Below are positions 9,201 to 15,839 of a stretch of DNA of 32,000 nucleotides, one piece after another. The stretch covers positions 960,001-992,000 of the forward strand of contig CP064995.1 of assembly GCA_016700015.1 (NCBI GenBank), given 5' to 3'. A program made the translations under genes and the position numbers. The notes beneath the pieces are model-generated. The model saw only the letters and a program-made list of their open reading frames with translations. It was not told the DNA's origin and did not search any database. Source of the DNA: Candidatus Saccharimonadota bacterium (GTDB lineage: Bacteria > Patescibacteriota > Saccharimonadia > Saccharimonadales > Saccharimonadaceae). Numbering within the stretch: the stretch's first letter is position 1; each line of letters begins with the position of its first letter.

Positions 9201-9725
9201 ATTTTTACCTTGTTTACCAGCAGCGACGGATGCGTGCGGCGACATCGTAAGATCGACTTTGTAGTTTGGGTCAGTGACCGTCAGGCCCTTGCTGGCGTCA
9301 ACAGGCAGCCGCGCAGCGACAAGCGTCGCACCAGTTTGTTTTGATTGGCTCGTGTTGGCACTGCCATGGGCAAAGGTATAGACTTGTTGCTCGTTGTCGA
9401 ATGTTAAGTCTTTAGCCAATATATCGCTGGGGGTGCCCAGCAACTTGTCAACTGAGCTTACACGATAATCATGAGGGCCAAAGTAACGATAGAGTTGGGA
9501 GCCGATGATCACTGCCGCCGCCAAAACGACTACGGCGATAGCGGCACGCAGGAGGCCGCGGCGAGTCGGCACGGGTATGACGAAATACCGCCTACCCCCT
9601 TGTGTCGATTTAATCCAGCGTCGCTGCAACAAACGAACACGGTCAACAAGCGCCTGCCACCAGTTGCCGCGCGAATATGCTTCATGTTTGGTTCGTATTT
9701 TTCTCTTCATACTCTCTACTGCCAC
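3201..9725 (-). CDS. giant (about 2170 aa) membrane-anchored surface protein: N-terminal anchor, ~18 Kelch-like blades, two glycine-rich (ALK/LTK GRD-like) domains, unique C-terminal domain
   Basis: Uninterrupted 6.5-kb frame. Signal-anchor LLRAAIAVVVLAAAVIIGSQLY. Eighteen Kelch-type xxxxLYxxGG strands (YNGFLYVVGG, YNNRMYIIGG, YNDRLYIVGG, FNGRIYIVGG, YANNLYVFGG and others). Two Gly-rich modules. The track start at 9725 is GTG; the ATG at 9710 (MKRKIRTK...) is an equally plausible start. Confidence 0.9.
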   Translation of the reverse strand: MAVESMKRKIRTKHEAYSRGNWWQALVDRVRLLQRRWIKSTQGGRRYFVIPVPTRRGLLRAAIAVVVLAAAVIIGSQLYRYFGPHDYRVSSVDKLLGTPSDILAKDLTFDNEQQVYTFAHGSANTSQSKQTGATLVAARLPVDASKGLTVTDPNYKVDLTMSPHASVAAGKQGKNRVVYPFRDHSGWLIYTASGTGVKEDIVLTHATGDSYQLSYKLTLPSGTEARKEADGSIGIYGNQVFMNNITAATDADASLLEKARANAAKNLLLFVIPKPIVIESGRQISVVKAEFELNKTTLTVRATGLAKANFPLSIDPSIYIVTAQQFMNGNNETNIDFDVADKLIRKSPTTGARFNSWNATTQLSQSNWAGGTAIAGGYLYSAGGISQNGQVYTTQGASSFTVPSGVTSLTVKLWGGGGGGGAGGSAAAGGTGGGAGEATGTISVTPGETLTVYVGGGGSAGTRNTAGGGGGGGAYSSIYRGTTALAIAAGGGGGGGGRNSAGNTGGAGGAGGGTTGVAGSTSGAGGGGGAGTQSAGGAGGTGGTNAGSAGSSLTGGLGGDGRTSGTTDGSGASGGLASGGNGGGAIATSRAGGGGGGAGYFGGGGGSSSSSGSGAGGGGGGSSYGTGLTLNAGSGATPGNSADADRAGAGQGGNAGATGSTGTGGSNGIVVINYGAGGTTPTAAVNWMQLSTTDGTLVSPNPGNGSCSGWCTDAAYNLPQARTNFSMVAYNGFLYVVGGFNNAGSPQSTIYIAKLGASGEPQLWNPTWDPATDPNKTTWSYWYTDTGLSTVRSGLTAIAYNNRMYIIGGRTTGTTVVNTVEIADIQPTGRLGSWSTSATLPYNLYNHGSFVYNDRLYIVGGASSVGGAPLSTVYFNKINSTGTLNSWVQTTSMGSGRMSNGGTFTTVWGAYLYTSGGCGTVNASGYCTSILSDSDVASINADGSIDTWNAIGTLSDQRTGQSLLAWRNIIYHVGGCTTQNTTTGACTTPTNAVSYGTINQDGDASTVGASVANGTAPCSGGSPSRCNLPGTTYIGNMLTVSFISNGYLYLIGGCTNNTCSTTLNTTAYAAISSTGTMSKPTTCPAPRTIQGGMWCVDTTNTTPTNIAAGSPVVFNGRIYIVGGLDGSANTNDLLRADINQADGSLGTWSTQTLTGLGVNSVSYLYSFARANPADATNNPGNLYILGGCSSSSSAGCTAYSQNVYKCNIQAAGTIASCTTTGQQQIGILPGDTAAGLGIMSGTVYANYIYLIGGVSPNLVDLKTVRYAKIDSNNNIVTAGAGGWTESPYQMAVGRRRSAAFGYNGYLYAVGGYEAVIGVLADIEFIKIDVSTGALVSGWVVSAVEINQRWGLTVPISNSYAYVIGGCTAGASPGGCTTRTDVIQTFQIYNNDSGTPAGYTNAANTYATSPNRLGVSSVVANGYLYAAGGCTGTSDCTSPTADVSYAQLDAYGNIGSWTSTASLPSARAWGKLLVAGGSLYYVGGQDTNGASQSTIYYATPSTGSIPSWSTTTISLPASRTQFGAAVWNNRLYVVAGNTGTANQVIYNTAGTASYTVPTSVSSLTVKAWGAGGGGGGGSGSTGAGGNGGGGGFSQSTITVTSGETLTVNVGTAGKATGNGGGGGGFSALLRSTTYLLQAGGGGGGGGAFGTAAGGNGGPGGGASATAGNGTAGGGTGGGGFGGGGFTTGGTGGAAGTTGTAGNSGAANLGGDAGGSAATCPTAVTTRGGNGGTGAGGSGGSAVICVGGGGGGGGAFGGGGGGSAASGTNRGSGGGGGGSSIGTTQTVASGTTPGNSTDATRGNAGVGGTGTTTATGTNGTDGTVVIGYGNYTDTATVYVSPQLNNGGDITGAWSTASTSINVARSGAAVVAYANNLYVFGGFDGTNYLSDVQYAQIDSGSSIPANAGLITGSWTYTTSLPKSLSQADAVAANGYIYLIGGRDSATTCAPSTLLAPVSANTTIASGNNPTGVGEWSTTNQRFTGNRYGAAAAYSDGKLYVLGGGCGTTVSYPASANTVQQTALLSQPQVAKYSIMIDTDSDVFPNAWLLNGVDNSIGARWQLKYRSMANQNITAANRCATMSTWGQETNFGNVTLGTPGSYVVKDGSGTDIKCGRYFFFNVTVDSSQAFGYPDDVSRGPTITDLTLQFTADPSKRLMHGRTFTGGLQMPVDTPYYKN
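4240..5105 (-). repeat. glycine-rich domain copy 2 (approx. residues 1541-1829 of the giant)
   Basis: YNTAGTASYTVPTSVSSLTVKAWGAGGGGGGGSG...SGETLTVNVGTAGKATGNGGGGGGFSALLR...LLQAGGGGGGGG...GTNGTDGTVVIGYG. Same module order as copy 1. The plus strand is C-rich (CCACCACCGCC runs). Confidence 0.7.
5106..7699 (-). repeat. array of ~14 Kelch-like beta-propeller blades between the two glycine-rich domains
   Basis: There are 14 recurrences of the [YWFSA]xxx[LIM]Y[ILVHTA][IVS][GA]G strand at roughly 50-65-aa spacing, many blades with Cys pairs. This would be enough for two 7-bladed propellers (inference). Confidence 0.6.
7700..8570 (-). repeat. glycine-rich domain copy 1 (approx. residues 388-676 of the giant)
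   Basis: VYTTQGASSFTVPSGVTSLTVKLWGGGGGGGAGG...TPGETLTVYVGGGGSAGTRNTAGGGGGGGAYSSIYRGTTALAIAAGGGGGGGG...GSNGIVVINYG. This is the pattern of bacterial glycine-rich domain proteins related to the ALK/LTK GRD. Confidence 0.7.
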
Positions 9726-9743
9726 TAAGATAGCTTCTCTGTT

Positions 9744-9752
9744 ATTGTACCA
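9744..9752 (-). promoter_or_regulatory. candidate extended -10 (TGGTACAAT) in the 44-nt gap between the two giant genes
   Basis: The minus strand reads GGTTATGGTACAATAAC, the same TTATGGTA core as other starts. It lies 18 nt from GTG 9725 and 33 nt from ATG 9710. Confidence 0.3.
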
Positions 9753-9769
9753 TAACCGAGATGGGGCTA

Positions 9770-12700
9770 CTACTTGTTACTGAAGGCAAAGTTGAGGTTA
9801 CCGACGTAGGCATTGGCGTTTTTGCTGGTAGTCATGTCGATCTTGAAGACGATACTGTTGCCAGGCGCAAAGCCACAGGTCGATGGGTCGGCGGCACCGG
9901 TTGCGTTCCCGATTTGCCACGAAGTCTGTGTGCCGGTCGATACGCTGATGGTTGACCCGCAGGCGGTAAGGCCTGTGCCGCTGTTGCGGTAGATCTGGTA
10001 TTGCACCGTCGCCGAACCACCATTGCTGCCGTTGTCGGTACGGCCCATGAGCGATGTCTGACCTGAGTTGAATTCTTTGAAGGTACTTGGTAACTGGTAA
10101 GTAACGTAGATTGCATAGGTCTGTGCGGTCGCCTGCGGGCTGGTCCATTTGTAGAAGTTGTAGGTCTCGTTGGTACCGCAAATGGTTGGTTGTGCAGGGC
10201 TGCCGCTGCCGTCGTTGATGTTGAGGTAGTCCGAGCAGAGGTCGCTCGTCATGGTGCCGATACCGGTGCCGTGTAGCACTGCGTTGGTATACTCTGGGCT
10301 GATAGTGACAATGTTGTCCGGGCTCGAACCACAAGCACCCCAGCCGTCTGCCTCGTAACACTGCAGCTTGCCGAGCGTTGTGTCGTAGTACATGCTCCCG
10401 AGCAAAGCGTCGTTGTTGCTGGCGATGGGCGCACTGGCGCCTTTGTCGAGTGTGAAGAGTGTGGTTGGGCCACCATTGATACCACCGCCGACCTGAACAT
10501 TTGGTGTCGTGATGCTGGCGAGCGTCATACTGAAAGAGTCAACAGCGAAGGTGCGTACGCCCGAAGCGGCCTCGACGAAGTAGACATAGGGGTTAGTTGC
10601 GGTATTGGCGTCAGTCTGGATGTAACAGGTGACCTTTGTCCAGGCAGTGGTGACGAGCGTCTGTGTATTGTAGTCAACACAATCGACGTAGTCGCCAGCG
10701 GTAGTTGAAGTGCTGCCAAGATAGCTATAGCGGACCTTAAAATCGGTAAATGCGGCGCCAGAGATGAGTTTGCCATAAACGGTGACGCGGTAGAGTGTCG
10801 AGCTCAGTGGGTTCGACGACAGTTTGTTGCGGATGCCGGCGTTGGCAGCACCAGTGGTGACGGCAGCTTGTGCACTGTCGCTAGCGTCGTTGCCATCACT
10901 TGTGATGCGGGAGCTCGTCACGGTACCCTGGCCAGAGTTGGGCCAGTTGGTAGCGTAATTGCCTGAGTCATTCACGCTACCATCGGTCGCAAAGTTATAG
11001 TCAGCGGCAATAGTGACACTGAGATTGTCAACGTAGAAGCTACGTGTCGCACTGGCAGTTTGGCGAATGAGGATCGCGTTGCCGCTGGTGATACCACTAG
11101 CGGGCGTCGTGAAGGTGCAGTTGACCTTGGTCCAGATACTTGTGTTGACAGCTGAGGTGGCACCACAAGCAGTGAGGAGGGTAGTGTTGCCATCAGCCGA
11201 ATATTGCACGTTGAGGTCTGTAAACGTACTTGAACCGCTGGTGAGACGAGTAGTGAAGCTGACGTTGTAGGTAGTGTTGGCTGTCAAGGCGGCGGCGCTA
11301 CCACTGCTATTGATGAGTTGGTTTTTGGCACCACTGTTAGCGGCGGTTGCGGCAATCGATACAGAACCTTGACCAGTGGCGATATAGCTACCGGCGACAT
11401 TTTGGCGGGTGACCGTGGCAGTACCGGTGCTACTCCAAGTGCTGGCCGGGAAGGTTGTGGCACTGGCACCAGCAGTCTCTGCACCGGCATTGCTGGCATA
11501 TTCAGTGACATTGCTGTTGACCTGGAGCAAGCCTGCCGCGCTTTTTGTCTGGACGCTGAGGAGCGTACCATTCACAGGGTTGGTAGAGCTATCACGAATG
11601 GTCAGACCATTGGTCGCACTGGTTTTACTGACGACGAGTTCGGCGCCACCGGCGCTCTGGAGTGTGTTGTCGTAGGCAGCCTGGAGGGTAGTCGAGCTCG
11701 ATGCACCCGCAGCCGTCCAATCAGCGCCATTCCAGATCATCGTTGCGGTTGTATTCTTACGCATTGCAATCTGATTGCCTTGGCCGCCACCATTGACACT
11801 CAGTGTAAAGTCCTTTGTGAGATTTGATGCAGTCACGTAAACGACGCGTCCAGCAGTTGCAATACTTGGATCTGGGAGGGTTGCTGTTTGTCCATCCTGG
11901 GTAAACCCGACGATGACAGAAGCATAGTTGTTGACGGATGTCTGAGCGACAGTACATCCAGATGATGAGGTTGATTCAGTGCCACTTGGGAAACAGTTGG
12001 CATCATTGGCGATCGTCTGGAAGGCTGACGTATTGAGTATAACAAGACCGTTTGATGTGGTACCGGTTCCACCGGCCAGAGTGAGGTTGCCGCCAGTCGT
12101 ACCAGTTGCGCTATTACCACCCTGGATGAGCACTGCACCACCCACTCCAGTTGTACCACTGGTAGCACCCTGGATGGTGAGCTGCTGCCCAGCTTGGCCG
12201 GCAGTGGTTTGTGTAGTTTTTTGGATAGTGGTTGTGGTGGTGGCATTACCAACCATTATCTTGTCCGAAACAAGCTTAATACCATTGGTTGCACCGGCAG
12301 TCAGTGTGACGGTGTTAGCAGCGCTCCCGGCATTTCCTATATTGACATCACCATTGACGGTTGTTTGGAGGTTAACCGCACCTCGCACCCCTGAACCTGT
12401 TGGTGCGCCACCGATAATGTTAACCGCACCACCGGCTTGGTTAGTGCCGTTACCACCACCACCTTGTAACGTTAGGGAGCGTCCCGCTCCTGTGCTCGTG
12501 TTTGTATTGACCCCGATGATCCGATCAGTTCCACCGCCGAAACTGAGGTCATATGATGCGGTTTCGCCGTTTGCTAAGGCTATACCGACACGGTTATTTG
12601 TCGTATCAGCAAGCAGGACACTCGCTTGAGCGGCATTTTGAACACTAAATGCGCTCGTCGAATCGATGCTATTACGAAGGGTCAACCGTCCGGTGTTAGT

Positions 12701-14614
12701 GAGTTGGAGTAAAGAAGTGGTGGCTCCATACGAATCGTAGGTAGATGAGGTTTGCACTGTTGCGTAAAAAGCTGGCAAATCATTTGTAGGTGTTCCTGAT
12801 GCATTACCTGGCCAGCTAGAGGGGAGCGGGCCCCACGTTTGTCCGCTGTTGGTCCATGTAGCAACGTTTGTTCCACCACCAGTTGTCGTCCTAAAACAGT
12901 TTTGGTTAGTGGCGGTACCATTAGTGAAATAAACGATCCAGTAACTTGTACCACTTGTCACTGCTGTTGGGCTGACACTTACAGCGTTCCAACCGTTTAC
13001 AAGTGTTGTTGCACTACTCTGAGTAAGCAGGGTACCGGGTGTACCAGCATTATTAGTGAAAAGACCCATTCGGAACTGGTTGTTGGGTGACGCACTGATC
13101 GGACAAGTCATATAAACGGATAAGCTGATAACATTTCCGTTTACACCAGAACTGTACAGACCGGCTTCGAGTCGGCCGTTGTCGTCGTTGTCAGTTGCTG
13201 TTCCAGTCGTAGTATTACCAAATACACTCGTGCTGCTTGCAGCAAGGCCCGAGTTGATCTTGAAGGTTGAGTTATCACTCGCGTCAGCTCCTAGATACCA
13301 CGATTCGGAAGGCGTCTTAATTTGCAAGGTTGCATCACCTGTTCCTTTTTGCTCGATGAGGGTTTGAGGGTTTGATGTGACGCTATTGTTGACGGCGACT
13401 TGGAGTGTCGTCGTTGGTGCTCCCCCGGTTGCACCGACACCAACTCGGCTATTTGTAGTATCTACAGTGACGACATCCGACGTGCCGGCGGCATTTTGGA
13501 CTTTTAGAGCGGTAGCACTGTCCGTAAGTGGGCGAATAGCCGGTGCGTACACGGCACCACCAAAGTAGCCGTTGCGCCAAGTGTAGGTGCTTGAACCAAT
13601 GTCGATAGTATTCGCATAGGCCGTTCCTGGGGTGAGGCTGGCATTGATAGCGACGCCAGTGAGATTGTCTAGTTGGCGGGTTGCACCAGCCGATCCGCAG
13701 TTGGCGGCGGTTTGAAGACAAATTGTGTCGGTGGCAGCAGTTGAATCTGGCAAGATAATGGTTCGATTGGCAGTCAATACACTAGTTTGAAGCGTTAGGC
13801 TGTAGCCATCGGTTGTGCCATCGCTCAACACAAGCTTACCTTGGGTTACCGTGCCGCTGGTGGCAATGCGGCCGAGGGTGAGCTGGTTGCCGGTATTGTT
13901 GAAAGCAGCATTGATGTTTCCGGCACTGTCTTGCAGTCTGAACATATCGACTGTTTGGGCCGAGGCGCCTTGAACAACCGCGCCCACACTACTAGCACTG
14001 GCGCTCTGCACTGCGATATTAGCAGTCTGTACAGTTGTCGTATTCTGAATAAACCCACTAGCGTCACGACCACCAAGCATGGTGGCGTTCATCGCGTAGG
14101 CAACTGAAGAGAGGCGTTTCATAGGGAGCATTTCGTCATCAGGCGAACAGCTTGTGAAGGGCGTACATGTCGTGTTGGTATTGCCGATATTCATACTCAG
14201 CCACAAGGTGTCGGAGTTCCAGTCCACTTGAGTACCAAACGGATTGATAGACCCCAGCTGCACGGACATATAGCCATTGACAACTAAAACGCCCTGGCTC
14301 GAAGTATTAAGCCAGCTTTCAGTCCATTTCAAAGTACCACCAGGGTTACCGGCAGCAGTGCCGGTGCCGTCTTGATAGATCTTGAACTGGACGTTGTAGT
14401 AGCCGTCGGGCACAACAGCACCCTGGGCGTTCAACAGACGTCCTTGGAAATTCATTTGTTGGTTGGTGGCCGCGTGCGCAGCTGGTGCAGCAAAAATGCC
14501 AACACCAAATACGCCCAGTAGAAGGGCGCCTACAAATAGTATGCGCGTTAGCACACCAGCCAAGCTGATTGTGGTGTTTGTGTTAATGGTGGGTCCGGCT
14601 CCGATATTCGCCAA
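9770..14614 (-). CDS. giant (about 1600 aa) secreted adhesin-like surface protein with two CBM4/9-like modules
   Basis: Uninterrupted 4.8-kb frame. Signal peptide ...LTRILFVGALLLGVFGVGIFAAPAAHA/ATNQQ. Thr/Ser/Gly/Asn-rich beta-type sequence. Two jelly-roll-like modules end in SFYVDNLSVT (approx. 11010-11480) and TFAVDSFSMT (approx. 10520-10990). Ends with a double stop, TAGTAG. The track start at 14614 is TTG; GTG at 14554 (MLTRILFVG...) would give a textbook signal peptide. Confidence 0.85.
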   Translation of the reverse strand: MANIGAGPTINTNTTISLAGVLTRILFVGALLLGVFGVGIFAAPAAHAATNQQMNFQGRLLNAQGAVVPDGYYNVQFKIYQDGTGTAAGNPGGTLKWTESWLNTSSQGVLVVNGYMSVQLGSINPFGTQVDWNSDTLWLSMNIGNTNTTCTPFTSCSPDDEMLPMKRLSSVAYAMNATMLGGRDASGFIQNTTTVQTANIAVQSASASSVGAVVQGASAQTVDMFRLQDSAGNINAAFNNTGNQLTLGRIATSGTVTQGKLVLSDGTTDGYSLTLQTSVLTANRTIILPDSTAATDTICLQTAANCGSAGATRQLDNLTGVAINASLTPGTAYANTIDIGSSTYTWRNGYFGGAVYAPAIRPLTDSATALKVQNAAGTSDVVTVDTTNSRVGVGATGGAPTTTLQVAVNNSVTSNPQTLIEQKGTGDATLQIKTPSESWYLGADASDNSTFKINSGLAASSTSVFGNTTTGTATDNDDNGRLEAGLYSSGVNGNVISLSVYMTCPISASPNNQFRMGLFTNNAGTPGTLLTQSSATTLVNGWNAVSVSPTAVTSGTSYWIVYFTNGTATNQNCFRTTTGGGTNVATWTNSGQTWGPLPSSWPGNASGTPTNDLPAFYATVQTSSTYDSYGATTSLLQLTNTGRLTLRNSIDSTSAFSVQNAAQASVLLADTTNNRVGIALANGETASYDLSFGGGTDRIIGVNTNTSTGAGRSLTLQGGGGNGTNQAGGAVNIIGGAPTGSGVRGAVNLQTTVNGDVNIGNAGSAANTVTLTAGATNGIKLVSDKIMVGNATTTTTIQKTTQTTAGQAGQQLTIQGATSGTTGVGGAVLIQGGNSATGTTGGNLTLAGGTGTTSNGLVILNTSAFQTIANDANCFPSGTESTSSSGCTVAQTSVNNYASVIVGFTQDGQTATLPDPSIATAGRVVYVTASNLTKDFTLSVNGGGQGNQIAMRKNTTATMIWNGADWTAAGASSSTTLQAAYDNTLQSAGGAELVVSKTSATNGLTIRDSSTNPVNGTLLSVQTKSAAGLLQVNSNVTEYASNAGAETAGASATTFPASTWSSTGTATVTRQNVAGSYIATGQGSVSIAATAANSGAKNQLINSSGSAAALTANTTYNVSFTTRLTSGSSTFTDLNVQYSADGNTTLLTACGATSAVNTSIWTKVNCTFTTPASGITSGNAILIRQTASATRSFYVDNLSVTIAADYNFATDGSVNDSGNYATNWPNSGQGTVTSSRITSDGNDASDSAQAAVTTGAANAGIRNKLSSNPLSSTLYRVTVYGKLISGAAFTDFKVRYSYLGSTSTTAGDYVDCVDYNTQTLVTTAWTKVTCYIQTDANTATNPYVYFVEAASGVRTFAVDSFSMTLASITTPNVQVGGGINGGPTTLFTLDKGASAPIASNNDALLGSMYYDTTLGKLQCYEADGWGACGSSPDNIVTISPEYTNAVLHGTGIGTMTSDLCSDYLNINDGSGSPAQPTICGTNETYNFYKWTSPQATAQTYAIYVTYQLPSTFKEFNSGQTSLMGRTDNGSNGGSATVQYQIYRNSGTGLTACGSTISVSTGTQTSWQIGNATGAADPSTCGFAPGNSIVFKIDMTTSKNANAYVGNLNFAFSNK

Positions 14615-14691
14615 TTTCGTGGGAGTGCAATAAAAGCACCCGTGAGACCAAGATGTGGCCAGGGAGAGCAGTTCCTGAGTGTTAGTACGCC

Positions 14692-14716
14692 AAAAACACA
14701 GCGCGTAAGGCTGTGT
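14692..14716 (-). terminator. intrinsic-terminator-like hairpin in the 237-nt gap upstream of the 1614-aa gene
   Basis: The minus strand reads ACACAGC-CTTACGC-GCTGTGT followed by TTTTG: a 7-bp stem, 7-nt loop and short U tract. Confidence 0.4.
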
Positions 14717-14786
14717 GGTGGTGTTTTGTTTTTGTTATGTGCTGTAAAGCCGTTTTTGTTTCTCACACACGTGGTTTTACTCACTT

Positions 14787-14815
14787 AGCATACATGCTTA
14801 TGGTAAATTATGCAA
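14787..14815 (-). promoter_or_regulatory. candidate promoter for the giant-gene pair
   Basis: The minus strand has TTGCAT (14810-14815)-17 nt-TATGCT (14787-14792). It lies upstream of the hairpin at 14692-14716, so the assignment is uncertain. Confidence 0.25.
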
Positions 14816-14851
14816 GTACTTTATATAAAAGCTTGACAGGCCTGTGGAAAA

Positions 14852-15811
14852 CTAGGCTGCCAACAAGAGGCCGCGCTTTTCGAGTAGACGCTTTTCGCGC
14901 CACTCACCAATCCAAAAACTTACTACCACGGCGAAGGTAGCAGCAAATAGCGGCCATAGTACCAGTAGCACATTAGTCGTTTCTTTGGTGGTAGCTGCTA
15001 CTGCGGCGTCAGGGTCGGGCTGGCCATTAACAATACTAGCTACGGTGATGAAGGCAACACGCCCGTCAGCATCGGTTGCCTGGACCGATAGTTGGTAGGT
15101 GCCGGCTTTCTGGTAAGTGTGGGCAGTGCGGAAGCTGGTGTTGTCGGGCCGCGATACTACTTTATTTGTGCTGTCGCCCCACTGAATGTTGATGGCATAT
15201 GGTGCGCGGCCACCGATGATGTCGAGCGGAATTGTCATTTCTTTACCTGGGAAAGTACCACGGAATACCGCATCGGTGTTGAGGAGTAGTTGTGGGCCGC
15301 CGAAATTGAGCTGAGCAAATGGGCTGCCAGTACCTGTGGGCGCGTCGAAATAAACCACCACACTACCCGAGTCCGGGCCGACTTGGTTGAGGGCATCAAA
15401 CACCTTTGCAACTAGTGTATTTTGGCCAATGAGTAGATCGATCTCAAAACTAAACGTTCCGTCGCTGGAGCACACTGCCGAACCGGCAAAGATATCATTT
15501 TTAAATAACTCAACAAGCGTGTCTTTAGGACAGGTTCCCGAAACGACCACAGGGGTTTGGCTAAAACGCTGGCCGCTGGTTGGTGTTTTGATTACTGCGG
15601 CAGTGGTTGGTGGCTTGCCGGGTACGGTGCCATACATACCTATCGATCCAGCGGCCGGACCTGGCCGCTCCCAAGCGGTTGCCGTGTAGGTAGTGAGGCA
15701 TACACCGACCACAAATAGTAATAGTGCCAGCGGTACATATGAGGTATGTTCGTGTGGTCGTACTTTTGCTGTGTGTTTGTGATGCGTCAGCTTCAATAGC
15801 TTCCTAAGCAT
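14852..15811 (-). CDS. membrane protein anchored at both ends with Ig-like and PKD-like ectodomains
   Basis: His-rich N-terminus MLRKLLKLTHHKHTAKVRPHEHTSY followed by the TM VPLALLLFVVGVCLTTY. Ig-like segment PVVVSGTCPKDTLVELFKNDIFAGSAVCSSDGTFSFEIDL. PKD-like segment YAINIQWGDST...HTYQKAGTYQLSVQATDADGR. C-terminal TM VLLVLWPLFAATFAVVVSFWIGEW plus a basic tail. Confidence 0.8.
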   Translation of the reverse strand: MLRKLLKLTHHKHTAKVRPHEHTSYVPLALLLFVVGVCLTTYTATAWERPGPAAGSIGMYGTVPGKPPTTAAVIKTPTSGQRFSQTPVVVSGTCPKDTLVELFKNDIFAGSAVCSSDGTFSFEIDLLIGQNTLVAKVFDALNQVGPDSGSVVVYFDAPTGTGSPFAQLNFGGPQLLLNTDAVFRGTFPGKEMTIPLDIIGGRAPYAINIQWGDSTNKVVSRPDNTSFRTAHTYQKAGTYQLSVQATDADGRVAFITVASIVNGQPDPDAAVAATTKETTNVLLVLWPLFAATFAVVVSFWIGEWREKRLLEKRGLLLAA

Positions 15812-15817
15812 GTGCCT

Positions 15818-15826
15818 AGTATACCA
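15818..15826 (-). promoter_or_regulatory. extended -10 (TGGTATACT) 6 nt upstream of the ATG at 15811, in leaderless geometry
   Basis: The minus strand reads AATTATGGTATACT-AGGCAC-ATG, inside the 28-nt gap after the DUF916-like gene. Confidence 0.45.
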
Positions 15827-15839
15827 TAATTGTTATTGC

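Noticed and set aside
11979-12629. 216-aa plus-strand ORF, plus other ORFs of 60-190 aa inside 9770-14614
   Set aside because: All are antisense or off-frame within the 1614-aa gene, are Pro/Val/Ala-rich shadows, and have no independent start signals.
14548-14940. ORFs of 78 aa (minus) and 75 aa (plus) spanning the 237-nt intergenic region
   Set aside because: They have no SD or promoter logic and an odd composition. They overlap the start of the 1614-aa gene or the end of the PKD gene. The region is better explained as a leader/terminator.
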